Source of the DNA: Candidatus Nanoarchaeia archaeon
Lineage (GTDB): Archaea; Nanobdellota; Nanobdellia; Woesearchaeales; UBA525
NCBI GenBank assembly: GCA_028279755.1
Contig: JANQNB010000018.1
Span: forward strand, 134,611-198,610
Length of the DNA: 64,000 nt
Reading direction: 5' to 3'
Shown here: positions 17,679 through 27,170 of the stretch, piece after piece
Layout of the letters: each line of letters begins with the position of its first letter
Numbering within the stretch: the first letter of the stretch is position 1
Position numbers and translations under genes: made by a program
The notes under the pieces: model-generated
Databases searched by the model: none
What the model was told of the DNA's origin: nothing
Seen by the model: the letters and a program-made list of their open reading frames with translations, nothing else

Positions 17679-18395
17679 TCATTCCTTTCTAGAAATGGTA
17701 CCTATCAGTGCTTTATGGTCGCTCACGCCGTCGATGACCTGCACGTCGCTGACACGGTAGTGCTTTGTCGAGAAGATGCTGTCGACAGCGAGCTGCAGGC
17801 CAGGCTTGCGATGCAGTTTCGGATCAAGGGTCGATTCCACGTCTGCTGGCAAGTTGTCTGTATAGTGCTCAGCGAGCTTCGTGAAGATCTCCCTGCCGCG
17901 CGGCGCGTTGAAATCGCCGCAGAGCACGAGCTCTTCCGGCGCGAAGCTGAGCAGCTTGGCCAAGGCCACGCGCTGCTTGTCATTCGCCTCGCCGTCGGGC
18001 GTCCAGGTGAAATGCGTCGTGCCGATGGTGAACGACTCGCCGTCTTTCCTGACTGTGGTGAACGCCAGCATGCGATCCTCGTCATCAGGATGTAAGTGCT
18101 CAGGCGCAGTCCCAGTGCCGACGTAGAACTTGATGGTGATCGGGTCGTGCTCGAGCGCTGTGAAGTATGCGAGCCCTTGCACGCCGCGAGCCTCCGCACT
18201 GAACTCGTTGACTCCGCTCTTTGTATGCATTGCCACGAAATGGCCCTCGCAGCCGATCGCCGCTGCGAGCTTCGGCATGTCTTCCTTGAACACTTCCTGG
18301 AGGCACACGACATCTGCAGAGTGCTGTTTGAGAAAAGGAAGCACGCGCTCGAGATGCATGCCGCCTTCGATGTTCAGGCAGAGGAGGGTGATCAT
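17679..18395 (-). CDS. Endonuclease/exonuclease/phosphatase (EEP) family protein.
   Basis: The CLQEV, GDFNAPRG and SDHKAL motifs are present. Confidence 0.75.
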   Translation of the reverse strand: MITLLCLNIEGGMHLERVLPFLKQHSADVVCLQEVFKEDMPKLAAAIGCEGHFVAMHTKSGVNEFSAEARGVQGLAYFTALEHDPITIKFYVGTGTAPEHLHPDDEDRMLAFTTVRKDGESFTIGTTHFTWTPDGEANDKQRVALAKLLSFAPEELVLCGDFNAPRGREIFTKLAEHYTDNLPADVESTLDPKLHRKPGLQLAVDSIFSTKHYRVSDVQVIDGVSDHKALIGTISRKE

Positions 18396-18450
18396 GCTGA
18401 GAATTCTTTTGCAAATGAATATAAAGCTTTGCCTGATCGCTCACAAGGAC

Positions 18451-18528
18451 GCAGCCGTGGTGCAGTAGTTCAGCGTCGCTACCCTGGGAAGCAGGGGTTT
18501 CGGCGCTTCGCACCTCAAGCCCCTTAAC
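18451..18528 (+). ncRNA. tRNA-Gly(CCC) 5' leader element: a tRNA-like RNA that begins with a 16-nt copy of the tRNA 5' end.
   Basis: GCAGCCGTGGTGCAGT at 18451 is identical to the tRNA 5' end at 18529. The core CAGCGTCGCTACCCTGGGAAGCAGGGGTTTC is identical to that of the element at 56798..56881, and both end TCAAGCCCCTTAA. A TATA AATATAAAG lies about 25 nt upstream. Confidence 0.6.
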
Positions 18529-18600
18529 GCAGCCGTGGTGCAGTGGTTAACATTCAAGGTTCCCAACCTTGCGACCCGGGTTCGACTCCCGGCGGCTGCA
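18529..18600 (+). tRNA. tRNA-Gly (anticodon CCC).
   Basis: The acceptor is GCAGCCG/CGGCTGC plus A. The anticodon arm is CAAGG-TTCCCAA-CCTTG and the T arm is CCGGG-TTCGACT-CCCGG. Confidence 0.85.
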
Positions 18601-18628
18601 TGTTCAACAAAAACGTTTATAAATCCTG

Positions 18629-20395
18629 GTGTGGGTGAGTGTTGCTGTGGGTGTCGCTGACGATATGAAGAAGCTGGGCAAGAACCAGCTCGCTCTGCAT
18701 CAGAGCTTTGAATATCTCCAGAAGAAAGTGAAAGCGCTCGAACGACGCGTCGCCACGCTCGAAGGCCGCGAACCAGAGCCTGAGCCCGAGCCGGTCAAGA
18801 AGAAGGTCGAGCAGACAAGCGTGAAAGAAACGCACAAGCCGATCGAGAACCTCGGCTTCAAGATCTTCGGCGGGGTGGGCTTCGCCCTCATCCTCCTCGG
18901 CATCTTCTTCCTCTATAGATATGCGGTCGATCAGGGCTGGATCGGCATCCTTGGCAGGATTGTGCTCGGCATCGTGTTCAGCCTTGTCATTCTCGGCGCA
19001 GCCGAAGTCTTCCGCAAGAAGGAATACGTGAAATTCTCGCAATTGCTCACTGGCGGTGGGCTCGCTCTGCTCTACTTCACGTTCTACGCAACATACGCGT
19101 TCCGGGAGTATCGCGAAGCCTTAGGTATGACACAGACCATGAACTTTGTCCTGCTCCTCGTCGTGATGGTCGTCGCTGTCGTCCTGGCATTGCGACAGGA
19201 CTCGATGCTGCTCACGTGCTTTGCCTTCCTGATGGGGTATCTTTCACCGATTCTCATCGGCATCATCGCACAGTCAGGAAACTATCACGTGCTGCTCATC
19301 GCAACACTCATCCTGTCTGTCGGCATGGCAGTCATCCTCTGGAAGAAGAACTGGCCGCTCGGCTCCTTCCCCGTCGTGATCTCATACCTCATCTACGCAT
19401 TCTTCTTTGCTGAAGAACGGGTCCTGCGATACACGCAAGATGGGACTGCGCCTGACGTCGTGGGCCCGGCTTTTGTCTATCTCCTCCTGTTCTGGCTCCT
19501 CTTCAGCGTGCTCAGTCTAGTGCTCAAGGATGACAAGAACCACATCCAGAACATTCTCATTTCCGTGGGCAACGCCTTTGCCTTCTTCGGTTTCGGGCTC
19601 GCCATGGTCTGGGAGTACTTGCATTCCTGGCGCGGCCTGTTCGTCATCCTCATCGCCGCAGCTTATCTGTTCATGGCAGGCCTTGCCAAACGGCGAGAGC
19701 TCAAGAACCTGTTCGAAACCTTGTTCGTGCTCGCGATCACCTTCCTCACGATCACCATCCCTGTGCAACTGCAAGGCGCGTGGATCACCGCGGCGTGGGC
19801 GCTCGAGGGCGTGCTCCTGCTCAAGGCCAGCGCCAAGCTCAAGCATAACGGGCTCGCGATCCTCGGCTATCTCGTGCTGGGCATCGGCACCTTGCGTCTC
19901 CTGTTCTGGGACACGTGGCAGCTCGATTATGGCTGGCGCACCTTCTCCTTCCTTGTGGTGATCGCTGCGCTGGCAGGCGGCGCGTACGTGCTGTCCAGAT
20001 CAGAGATCGCAGGCAAGGACGAGATGAAAGGCGTGCTCGGCGTCGGCGCAGCCCTTGTGCTGACCGTCATGCTCGGCGTGGAGATTCTCGACAGGAACGG
20101 CATGTTCACCAACTGGACGTCGAACGCGCGCCAGGTGCTCTGCTCGATCGCGTGGGCAGTCGAAGCGATCATCCTCATCATCGCCGGCTTCCTCAACAGA
20201 GCGACCGCGTTCAGGATCACCGGCCTCTTGCTCTTCGGCCTGGTCCTTGTCAAGATCCTCATCTTCGACCTGGGAGCGCTCAACGACATCTCACGCACCA
20301 TCGTCACGATCATCGTCGGGATCATCGCCTTGGTCGGGGCCTTTGTCTATGTGAAGAACAAGGAGAAGATCAAGGCCTTCCTGGAAGAGGGATAG
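18629..20395 (+). CDS. DUF2339-like polytopic membrane protein with an N-terminal coiled coil.
   Basis: An N-terminal LQKKVKALERRVATLEGREPEPEPEP segment is followed by more than 15 predicted TM helices. The true start may be MKKLGK at about 18665. Confidence 0.65.
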   Translation: MWVSVAVGVADDMKKLGKNQLALHQSFEYLQKKVKALERRVATLEGREPEPEPEPVKKKVEQTSVKETHKPIENLGFKIFGGVGFALILLGIFFLYRYAVDQGWIGILGRIVLGIVFSLVILGAAEVFRKKEYVKFSQLLTGGGLALLYFTFYATYAFREYREALGMTQTMNFVLLLVVMVVAVVLALRQDSMLLTCFAFLMGYLSPILIGIIAQSGNYHVLLIATLILSVGMAVILWKKNWPLGSFPVVISYLIYAFFFAEERVLRYTQDGTAPDVVGPAFVYLLLFWLLFSVLSLVLKDDKNHIQNILISVGNAFAFFGFGLAMVWEYLHSWRGLFVILIAAAYLFMAGLAKRRELKNLFETLFVLAITFLTITIPVQLQGAWITAAWALEGVLLLKASAKLKHNGLAILGYLVLGIGTLRLLFWDTWQLDYGWRTFSFLVVIAALAGGAYVLSRSEIAGKDEMKGVLGVGAALVLTVMLGVEILDRNGMFTNWTSNARQVLCSIAWAVEAIILIIAGFLNRATAFRITGLLLFGLVLVKILIFDLGALNDISRTIVTIIVGIIALVGAFVYVKNKEKIKAFLEEG

Positions 20396-20396
20396 C

Positions 20397-20735
20397 GTGG
20401 ACATTCCTGAGATCAAGCCCTTAAGTGATGATGCTCCAAGCTCCACAGCTGCCACTACACCGTCGGATACTCCCTTCTTCTCGTTCTCCAGAAAACAGAA
20501 CTATTACACAACAGGAGGGCGTGTTGCTGGCGACTTAGCAGTCGGCGCGTTCGCACCCCTTGCTGCGTACTTCGTACTCTTGATATTCGGATTCCTTGTC
20601 ATCCCGGCACAGTTGATCGCGATCATCCTCTGCTTTGTGTTCCGACGACACTGGCTGGCAGTCGGACTGCTCCTCAACTTTGGCGTGTTGCTCTTGATAA
20701 TAATACTATACATCTCACTGTTCGGACTGTTTTAG
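20397..20735 (+). CDS. Small hypothetical membrane protein.
   Basis: 112 aa with two hydrophobic helices. It lies immediately downstream of the DUF2339 gene. Confidence 0.45.
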   Translation: MDIPEIKPLSDDAPSSTAATTPSDTPFFSFSRKQNYYTTGGRVAGDLAVGAFAPLAAYFVLLIFGFLVIPAQLIAIILCFVFRRHWLAVGLLLNFGVLLLIIILYISLFGLF

Positions 20736-20746
20736 GTGGTGATACG

Positions 20747-22381
20747 ATGAAACGATTACTCTGGTGCCTCGCACTCCTGCTGTGCCCGCTTGTCGTGAGT
20801 GCGGCATTCGACAGCAGCTCGTGGCAATACATGCAAGAGATCAGCGTCGATGCTGACGAACCGGTGAAGCTCGTCCTCGATCCGAGCCTGCTGGCCAATG
20901 CGCAGCTCGACGGGCACGACCTCCGCGTGACAGAAGACGCGGTCGAGATCCCGTACAAGCTCTCGTTGGAAGGCAGTGCAGAACAGCAACGAACCATTGC
21001 GAGCATGACTGCCTCGTCGACGCGGCCGGACTTCCGTTCAGTCTCGTATGCGCCGGTCAATATGATCGATGGTGACGCATCCAATAGCGAGGGCGCGTAT
21101 TTCCAGATCGACGGCACAGTCGATACGGAAGTCTCGTGGATCGTCGCAGACCTCAGCTCTTCTGTGTTGAGTACAAAAGCCCGGTTCACGCTTGGGAGCG
21201 CGCGCTTTACGCATGTCCAAGTCCAAGGCAGCAACGACCTCGCGTCGTGGACCTTGCTGAAGCAGAAGACGAAAAGCGGCAGCCAGGTGAGCTACGCGCC
21301 GAGCAGCTTCCGCTACGTTCGCTTCACGCTCTGGCACAAGGGCGATCTCGTGATCAACGAGCTGACGATGTATGGCGAGAGCAGCGGCTGGCTCCTGTTC
21401 AACGCGCAGACCGGCAAGACCTACATGATCTATTACGGCAATGCGCAAGCAGGCGTGCCTGACTATGATCTTGAAGGATTGTATACTGTCGCGACCACGC
21501 CCTTCGTGTACACGCTCGGCGAGTGGGTGAACCCGTTGTTTGTCGGCGACGCTGATGAAGACGGCGTCGGCGTGGGCGACAATTGTCCGTCAGTCGCCAA
21601 TCCTTCGCAGCTTGACAGCGATAATGATGATCTTGGCGATGACTGCGACAATTGCCCTGGCGTGAGCAACCCTGGCCAAGGGGACCGTGATCACGACGGT
21701 GTGGGCGATGCGTGCGACAACTGCGCAGCGATGTACAATCCCAACCAGTATGACGACAACTTCAATGATATCGGCTGGGTATGCGACGACGAGGATCGCG
21801 ATGGCGTGGTGAACAGCGAAGACAATTGCGTGCCTGGCGCAAACCGTGATCAGCAGGACGTCGACCGTGACGGGGTTGGCGATGCGTGCGAGGACGACGA
21901 CGGCGACGGGGCTGCAAACTATATGGATAATTGCCCAGAGCTTGCGAACGCTGACCAGGCTGACAGCGAAACAGAGAATGGCAGGCTGGTTGGCGATGGT
22001 GTTGGCGATGCGTGCGACAATTGCGTGAACGTCAGGAATGCGGATCAGCGCGATACTGATGAAGATGGTGTCGGAGATGCCTGCGAGGACGACGACCAGG
22101 ACGACGTGCGCAATGATGCTGATAACTGCCGGCTTGTCGCGAATGCTGACCAGGTCGACTGGGACAGCGACGGCTTGGGCGATGCCTGCGACAATTGCCC
22201 GGAACATAAGAACCCGAATCAGCGCGATGTCGACAGCGACGGGCTTGGCGATGCCTGCGACGAGACTGAGAGCAGGCTGCTCGAGCAGAAGTGGATCGTC
22301 TGGAGCATCATCATCCTCGCGATACTCGTGCTCGGCTTCTTCGCCTACCGGATGTACCAGACGCCGGGAGGGAAGGAATGA
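20747..22381 (+). CDS. Secreted, membrane-anchored surface protein with an N-terminal discoidin-like domain and about 10 thrombospondin type-3 (Ca-binding) repeats.
   Basis: There is a signal peptide [19 protein letters not shown]. Repeats of the form [24 protein letters not shown] recur, and a C-terminal TM helix is present. The DNA shows matching internal repeats. Confidence 0.75.
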   Translation: MKRLLWCLALLLCPLVVSAAFDSSSWQYMQEISVDADEPVKLVLDPSLLANAQLDGHDLRVTEDAVEIPYKLSLEGSAEQQRTIASMTASSTRPDFRSVSYAPVNMIDGDASNSEGAYFQIDGTVDTEVSWIVADLSSSVLSTKARFTLGSARFTHVQVQGSNDLASWTLLKQKTKSGSQVSYAPSSFRYVRFTLWHKGDLVINELTMYGESSGWLLFNAQTGKTYMIYYGNAQAGVPDYDLEGLYTVATTPFVYTLGEWVNPLFVGDADEDGVGVGDNCPSVANPSQLDSDNDDLGDDCDNCPGVSNPGQGDRDHDGVGDACDNCAAMYNPNQYDDNFNDIGWVCDDEDRDGVVNSEDNCVPGANRDQQDVDRDGVGDACEDDDGDGAANYMDNCPELANADQADSETENGRLVGDGVGDACDNCVNVRNADQRDTDEDGVGDACEDDDQDDVRNDADNCRLVANADQVDWDSDGLGDACDNCPEHKNPNQRDVDSDGLGDACDETESRLLEQKWIVWSIIILAILVLGFFAYRMYQTPGGKE

Positions 22382-23076
22382 AACGCTTTTTCTTCTTGTT
22401 GGTGATCGTCCTCTTGCTCGCAGGCTGTTCGTGGGACGATTTTGCGAGTGGCGGTGCGAAGAAGACGCCACGAGTTGATCGGTCGCAAGTGGTCGAGACC
22501 ATGATCACCTGCACTGATCCTGACGGCCTCGACCCATTCGTGAAAGGTGTGACCAAAGGCGCGAGCACCCCTGTCAGCCAGGACGCGGTGAGCGCGACTG
22601 ATCGATGCATGGTCGAGCGGGAATACCCAAGCCATGTCATGGAGTATCACTGCGAGGGCTCTCTGATCAAGTTCAAGATCATCGAATGCGAACATGGCTG
22701 CGAGGATGGCGCCTGTATTCAGGAAGAAGCCGTTCCAGCACCCCAACAAGTGCCGTCGCAAGAAGTCCTCCAACTGGCCTTTCCAGTGTTGGTGAATGGC
22801 CAATACCCGCCGCCGAGCTTGGCACGTGGCGAGGAATTCACCGTGTCCTGGGATGCTGCAGGGCTTCGCGACTGCGCAGGCAGCGGGAATTACATCATGC
22901 TCCCTGATGACACGCTCTGGACAGACCAGAGCAACCTGCCAAGCACTGGCAGCATGCGCTTGACTGCACGCCACAAGAACCTGCCCAACACGCCGTCCCT
23001 GCAGCTCATGGTCCGCTGCTTCGACGACACGGGGAATTCGTACCCTGTCTCAGTCATCATTCCTGTGACAGACTAG
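22378..23076 (+). CDS. Lipoprotein-type secreted hypothetical protein.
   Basis: [19 protein letters not shown] carries a lipobox-like LAGC. The ATG overlaps the upstream stop (ATGA). Confidence 0.6.
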   Translation: MKRFFFLLVIVLLLAGCSWDDFASGGAKKTPRVDRSQVVETMITCTDPDGLDPFVKGVTKGASTPVSQDAVSATDRCMVEREYPSHVMEYHCEGSLIKFKIIECEHGCEDGACIQEEAVPAPQQVPSQEVLQLAFPVLVNGQYPPPSLARGEEFTVSWDAAGLRDCAGSGNYIMLPDDTLWTDQSNLPSTGSMRLTARHKNLPNTPSLQLMVRCFDDTGNSYPVSVIIPVTD

Positions 23077-23691
23077 TTATTTTTTCTATATGGAAGATAA
23101 ATAACTTCCTTTCTATTTCTACTCTGTAGTGGTATCAAAACGAAACATTTATATATCTGTACTACCATACAGTAGTCAGGGGGTTTGGGAGCTGGTCTTG
23201 ATCTCTACGATCATACGCTTCTACCACCTCACCTCACCACCCTTCGAGCGTTCCACGCTCCTGGCCCCCCACTTCTTTTTTATTCTCGGAAATCCTACGT
23301 GTTCTCATCTTCATCACTTATAAGTAGATACAAACGAAAGCTTTTTATAGGATGAATGCCTTAGAGAATGAATGGTACTCAGTACGACGCCAGTGGAGCA
23401 GGAGAAGGAACACCGTTCTTTCAGCGCACAGATAGCGCAAGCGGAAATCCTTGCTGCCAATAACAAATCCATAACTGAGTATTTCCCTTCAGATTCTCCG
23501 TTCTACACCGCAACACCCGCTTCTGGAACACCAGTCACAACGAGTACTCCTGTGCAGAGCACATATTTTACGAACACAACGAGTGATGTTAAGGATCCGA
23601 GACGGCAACCTGCAGAACTCGCTCCAATAGCACTTGTCGCTGCAGCATATCAAGAACGCACCCCCCAGAATTATGGCGCGTGCTGCCGCCG

Positions 23692-25077
23692 TTAGAACTT
23701 CATCTTCTTGCGGGACATGCGTCCGCCCATCTGACCCTTCTGGATCTTCTGCATCATTTTTTCCATTCCCTTCTCAGACTGCGCGCCCTTGAACATCTTC
23801 ACCATCTTCTTGCTCTGCTTGTACTGCTTGAGCAAGCCGCGCAATTCCTGGATGGACTGGCCGCTGCCTTTGGCAATGCGCTCTAAGCGGCCGCCGGAAA
23901 CAGTGCTCGGATCCTCTAGTTCTTCCTTGGTCATGGAATCCATGAGGAAACGCCACTTCTTCAGCTTGTCTTCCTGCACATCGAGCATCTCTTTCGGGAT
24001 GTCCATCTGGCCCATGCCAGGGATCATCTTCATCACCTTATTCAAGGGCCCCATCTTCTTCATCGCAGCCATCTGCTCATAGAGGTCCAGCAGGTTGAAC
24101 TCGCCTTTCAGGAACTTTTTACCTAAATCTTCAGCACGATCCTCGTCGATCGCATCCTTCGCTTTCTCGAGGAGCGCTTCAAGATCGCCCAGTCCCAATA
24201 AGCGGCCGACAAAGCCCTGCGGCTTGAACTCTTCGAACTCCTCGACCTTCTCGCCGGTGCCGATGAAACGCACTGGTGCGTCAGTGACTGCGCATGCTGT
24301 CAACGCGCCACCGCCTTTCGCAGTGCCGTCGAGCTTGGTGATGATCACGCCCGAAACCTTGACAGTGTCGTGGAACGCCTGCGCTTGCTTCTGCGCCGCT
24401 TGCCCGACATCGGCAGCCATCACGAGCAATGCCTCGTCGGGTTTGACGAGCGTGTTGATGCCATTGAGTTCCTTGATCAGGTCGTCGCTCAACGCGTCAC
24501 GGCCAGCAGTGTCGACAATGATCAGGTCGTATTGCTTGAGCTCTGGCTGGACCTTTTTCCAGATCTTCTCAGGATCCTTCTCGCCCTTGATGCCATACAC
24601 CGGGACGCCGACCTGTTTGCCGAGCTGCACGAGCTGGTCGTACGCAGCTGGTCGCCAGGTATCGGTCTGGATCAACGCGACTTTCAGCCCGCGCTTCTTG
24701 TAGTAGAGTCCGAGCTTGCCCGCAGTCGTCGTCTTTCCATTGCCGAACAGGCCGACCAGCATGATCGTGAACGGCTTCTTCTTCGTCTCTGTTGTGAACT
24801 GTTCAGCCTCGCCGCCTAAGAATTTCACGAGTTCCTCATACACGATGTTGACGATGAACTCCTTCTTCTGTAACGCAGAGGGCGCTTTTTCCGACAGCGC
24901 GCGCTCCTTGATCTGATTGCTGACTTCGAAGACGAGCTTGACATTCACGTCTGCCTGCAACAACGAGCGCTGTATCTCTTTCACGAGCTCGTTGATGGCT
25001 TTCTCATCGATGAAGGCTTTGCCTGTCAGGGTGCGCAGGCTGGCTTTCAAGGCATCTCCTAGTTTGTCGAGGACCAT
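23692..25077 (-). CDS. srp54: Signal recognition particle protein SRP54.
   Basis: 461 aa. The GTPase domain motifs IMLVGLFGNGKTTTAGKLG and DLIIVDTAGR are present, and the C-terminal M domain is Met-rich. Confidence 0.92.
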   Translation of the reverse strand: MVLDKLGDALKASLRTLTGKAFIDEKAINELVKEIQRSLLQADVNVKLVFEVSNQIKERALSEKAPSALQKKEFIVNIVYEELVKFLGGEAEQFTTETKKKPFTIMLVGLFGNGKTTTAGKLGLYYKKRGLKVALIQTDTWRPAAYDQLVQLGKQVGVPVYGIKGEKDPEKIWKKVQPELKQYDLIIVDTAGRDALSDDLIKELNGINTLVKPDEALLVMAADVGQAAQKQAQAFHDTVKVSGVIITKLDGTAKGGGALTACAVTDAPVRFIGTGEKVEEFEEFKPQGFVGRLLGLGDLEALLEKAKDAIDEDRAEDLGKKFLKGEFNLLDLYEQMAAMKKMGPLNKVMKMIPGMGQMDIPKEMLDVQEDKLKKWRFLMDSMTKEELEDPSTVSGGRLERIAKGSGQSIQELRGLLKQYKQSKKMVKMFKGAQSEKGMEKMMQKIQKGQMGGRMSRKKMKF

Positions 25078-25129
25078 TGGACGGAGAGAACCAAGAACGA
25101 TTTATAAAGGTAGAGGAGAACAAGGGCGA

Positions 25130-25176
25130 TGCACCCGCCGATGTCCTCAACCCTGTTTCGGGACCGGCGAGTGCTA
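25130..25176 (-). repeat. tRNA-Gly(UCC) 3' trailer element, same family as 8753..8815 and 17625..17678.
   Basis: In tRNA sense the sequence is TAGCACTCGCCGGTCCCGAAACAGGGTTGAGGACAT + CGGCGGGTGCA, a copy of the tRNA 3' end. GCACTCGCCGG is a near-reverse-complement of that 3' end. Confidence 0.65.
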
Positions 25177-25292
25177 TGCACCCGCCGGGACTCGAACCCG
25201 GGTAGCCGGCTGTCTTCGCCGCAGGCGGAGGCCCAGCGGGACCTCGTTCCGCGCGTGGAAGGCCGGAATCATAGCCACTAGATCACAGGTGC
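25177..25292 (-). tRNA. tRNA-Gly (anticodon UCC, tentative) with a ~44-nt intron at 37/38.
   Basis: In tRNA sense the acceptor is GCACCTG/CGGGTGC plus A. The anticodon stem is CCGGC/GCCGG with loop CU-UCC-A, then an intron, then A38. The T arm is CCGGG-TTCGAGT-CCCGG. A TATA TTTAAAAAG lies about 25 nt upstream. Confidence 0.65.
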
Positions 25293-25348
25293 GTTGCCTG
25301 GTGAGGACCGGACAAGCTTTTTAAACATACCGTTCTCTACACCTGTTC

Positions 25349-26005
25349 ATGGCCACGATAGTCATTTTCGCAGCGCATAACGATGACCACGCGCTCGCAA
25401 TGGGCGCCACGATCGCAAAGCACTACAAGGAGAAGGACAAGGTCCACACCTTTATCGGCTCGTTCGGCGAATTAAGCCATCCGCATTTCAAGCCAGAAGT
25501 GATCAGGAAGACCCGCGTGAAGGAAGCGCAAAGAGCCGACCGCGCCTATGGCGGTAAGGGACACGTGCAATTCCTGGGGCTCAAGGAATTCTCGTTCGAA
25601 GAGGAATTCAAGCGGAAAAAGCTGGACACGCAGCTCGTGAAGAAGATCAGGAAACTCAAGCCCACGAAGATCTACATCCCGGGAGAGAACGAACTGCACC
25701 CTGACCATCGCGCGATCGCAAAGCTCGTCCTGAAAGCGCTGGACAAGGCAAAGCTGAAATATGAAGTGTACGCCTATTATACCTATCCGAACCTGCACCA
25801 CCCGAAGAAAGCGAAGATGGTTGTGGATGTGAGCGGCTTCTACCGCAAGAAAGTGGACGGCATCAACGCGTTCAAGAGCCAGATCCACATCTTCACCCAC
25901 GCGTTCGGGAACAACATCCTCTACGTGTACCAATTGAGCAGGAACTGGCTCCAAGGCTTCCTGCGCGGCACGCGCTTTGTGGAAACCTTTTACAAACTGA
26001 GGTAA
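25349..26005 (+). CDS. PIG-L/LmbE-family N-acetylglucosaminyl deacetylase.
   Basis: IVIFAAHNDDHALAMG matches the AHPDDE-type motif region. A later HPDH is also present. Confidence 0.75.
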   Translation: MATIVIFAAHNDDHALAMGATIAKHYKEKDKVHTFIGSFGELSHPHFKPEVIRKTRVKEAQRADRAYGGKGHVQFLGLKEFSFEEEFKRKKLDTQLVKKIRKLKPTKIYIPGENELHPDHRAIAKLVLKALDKAKLKYEVYAYYTYPNLHHPKKAKMVVDVSGFYRKKVDGINAFKSQIHIFTHAFGNNILYVYQLSRNWLQGFLRGTRFVETFYKLR

Positions 26006-26009
26006 GCTG

Positions 26010-27170
26010 ATGGCTGAAAAACAAAAACCCCGGCTTGTCATCGCGACCGACAACTACCTGCCGCGCTGGGACGGGATCGCACGCTTCCTGGCAGAGCTCA
26101 TCCCGCGACTGCTCGACGAGTACGACGTCACAGTCATCAGCCCTGACTACGGCGTGACCGATCTTGACATCAAGACCCGGCGCATCCTCATACCGACGCG
26201 GGACAAGAAATACGGCGACTATAACCCGGCGCAATGGCAACCAGAACCCATCATGAAAGCCATCGCCGACGCAGACCTTGTCTTCACGCAAACCATCGGC
26301 CCGATCGGCTACCTCGCGCATCGTTACGCGCGCAAGCTGAAAAAGCCAGTGGCGAGCTTCATCCATAGCATCGAGTGGGAGCTTGTGCCCAAAGCATTGG
26401 AGCATCGCTTCCTCAAGCGCTTCGCCTCCCCACTGACCAAACTGTTCACCCGCTTCCTCTACAACCGCGCCAGCTTGTTGATCGTGCCGTCAAAGAATAT
26501 CGCAGAATTGCTGACCTGGCAGCACATCGAGACCAAGAAGACAGTCGTGTATCTTGGCGTCGACACCAAGCGCTTCATCAAAGGGAACAAGCAGGAAGCG
26601 AGAAAGCATTTGCGCATCCCCAAGGACGCGCTGGTCGTCGGCTTCCACGGCCGCATCGGCTACGAAAAGAATCTGCTGACGCTCAGCAGGGCATACCTGC
26701 GCCTTGGCGCCAAGAACAAGCGACTGCTCATCGTCGGCGAGGGCGTTGACGAGCTGCGGCAACGGCTGAAGAAGATCAAGGGCAGCATCATGCCTGGGAG
26801 CACGAACGAGATCATCCCCTACCTGCAGGCCATGGACATCTATGTCATGCCCAGCTTTACAGAAACAACCTCGCTTGCTGTACTCGAAGCCATGAGCTGC
26901 GAACTCCCGGTTGTTTCGAGCCCGGTCGGCTTCATCCAGCAGTACATCAAGCATGGCCAGAACGGCTTTTTCTATGAGACCAAGAACGCGTTCGACCTGA
27001 GCCGGAAGCTTGAACTCTTGGCCCAGGACGAGATGCTGCGCAGCAGGATCGGCCGGGCAGCCCGGAAGACCGTCAGGGAGAAATTCGACTGGGACCGCAC
27101 GGCTGAAGGTATAGCTAAGGCGCTGCGCTCGCTGCTGCCTCAGAAGAGCAGGACGACGAAGAAGACATAG
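26010..27170 (+). CDS. Family GT4 glycosyltransferase (PIG-A/MshA/BshA-like).
   Basis: The C-terminal ETTSLAVLEAMSCELPVVSSPVG is the GT4 EX7E region. Confidence 0.8.
   Translation: MAEKQKPRLVIATDNYLPRWDGIARFLAELIPRLLDEYDVTVISPDYGVTDLDIKTRRILIPTRDKKYGDYNPAQWQPEPIMKAIADADLVFTQTIGPIGYLAHRYARKLKKPVASFIHSIEWELVPKALEHRFLKRFASPLTKLFTRFLYNRASLLIVPSKNIAELLTWQHIETKKTVVYLGVDTKRFIKGNKQEARKHLRIPKDALVVGFHGRIGYEKNLLTLSRAYLRLGAKNKRLLIVGEGVDELRQRLKKIKGSIMPGSTNEIIPYLQAMDIYVMPSFTETTSLAVLEAMSCELPVVSSPVGFIQQYIKHGQNGFFYETKNAFDLSRKLELLAQDEMLRSRIGRAARKTVREKFDWDRTAEGIAKALRSLLPQKSRTTKKT

Noticed and set aside
17451-18095. 214-aa plus-strand ORF with a TTG start.
   Set aside because: It reads straight through tRNA-Leu and its flanking elements and is antisense to the EEP-family gene. 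It is not protein-coding.
23077-23691. A ~600-bp AT-rich region with only a weak 107-aa ORF (23372..23695). It was considered for SRP RNA or RNase P RNA next to srp54.
   Set aside because: No conserved 7S RNA or RNase P core motifs were recognisable by eye. It is left unannotated rather than guessed.
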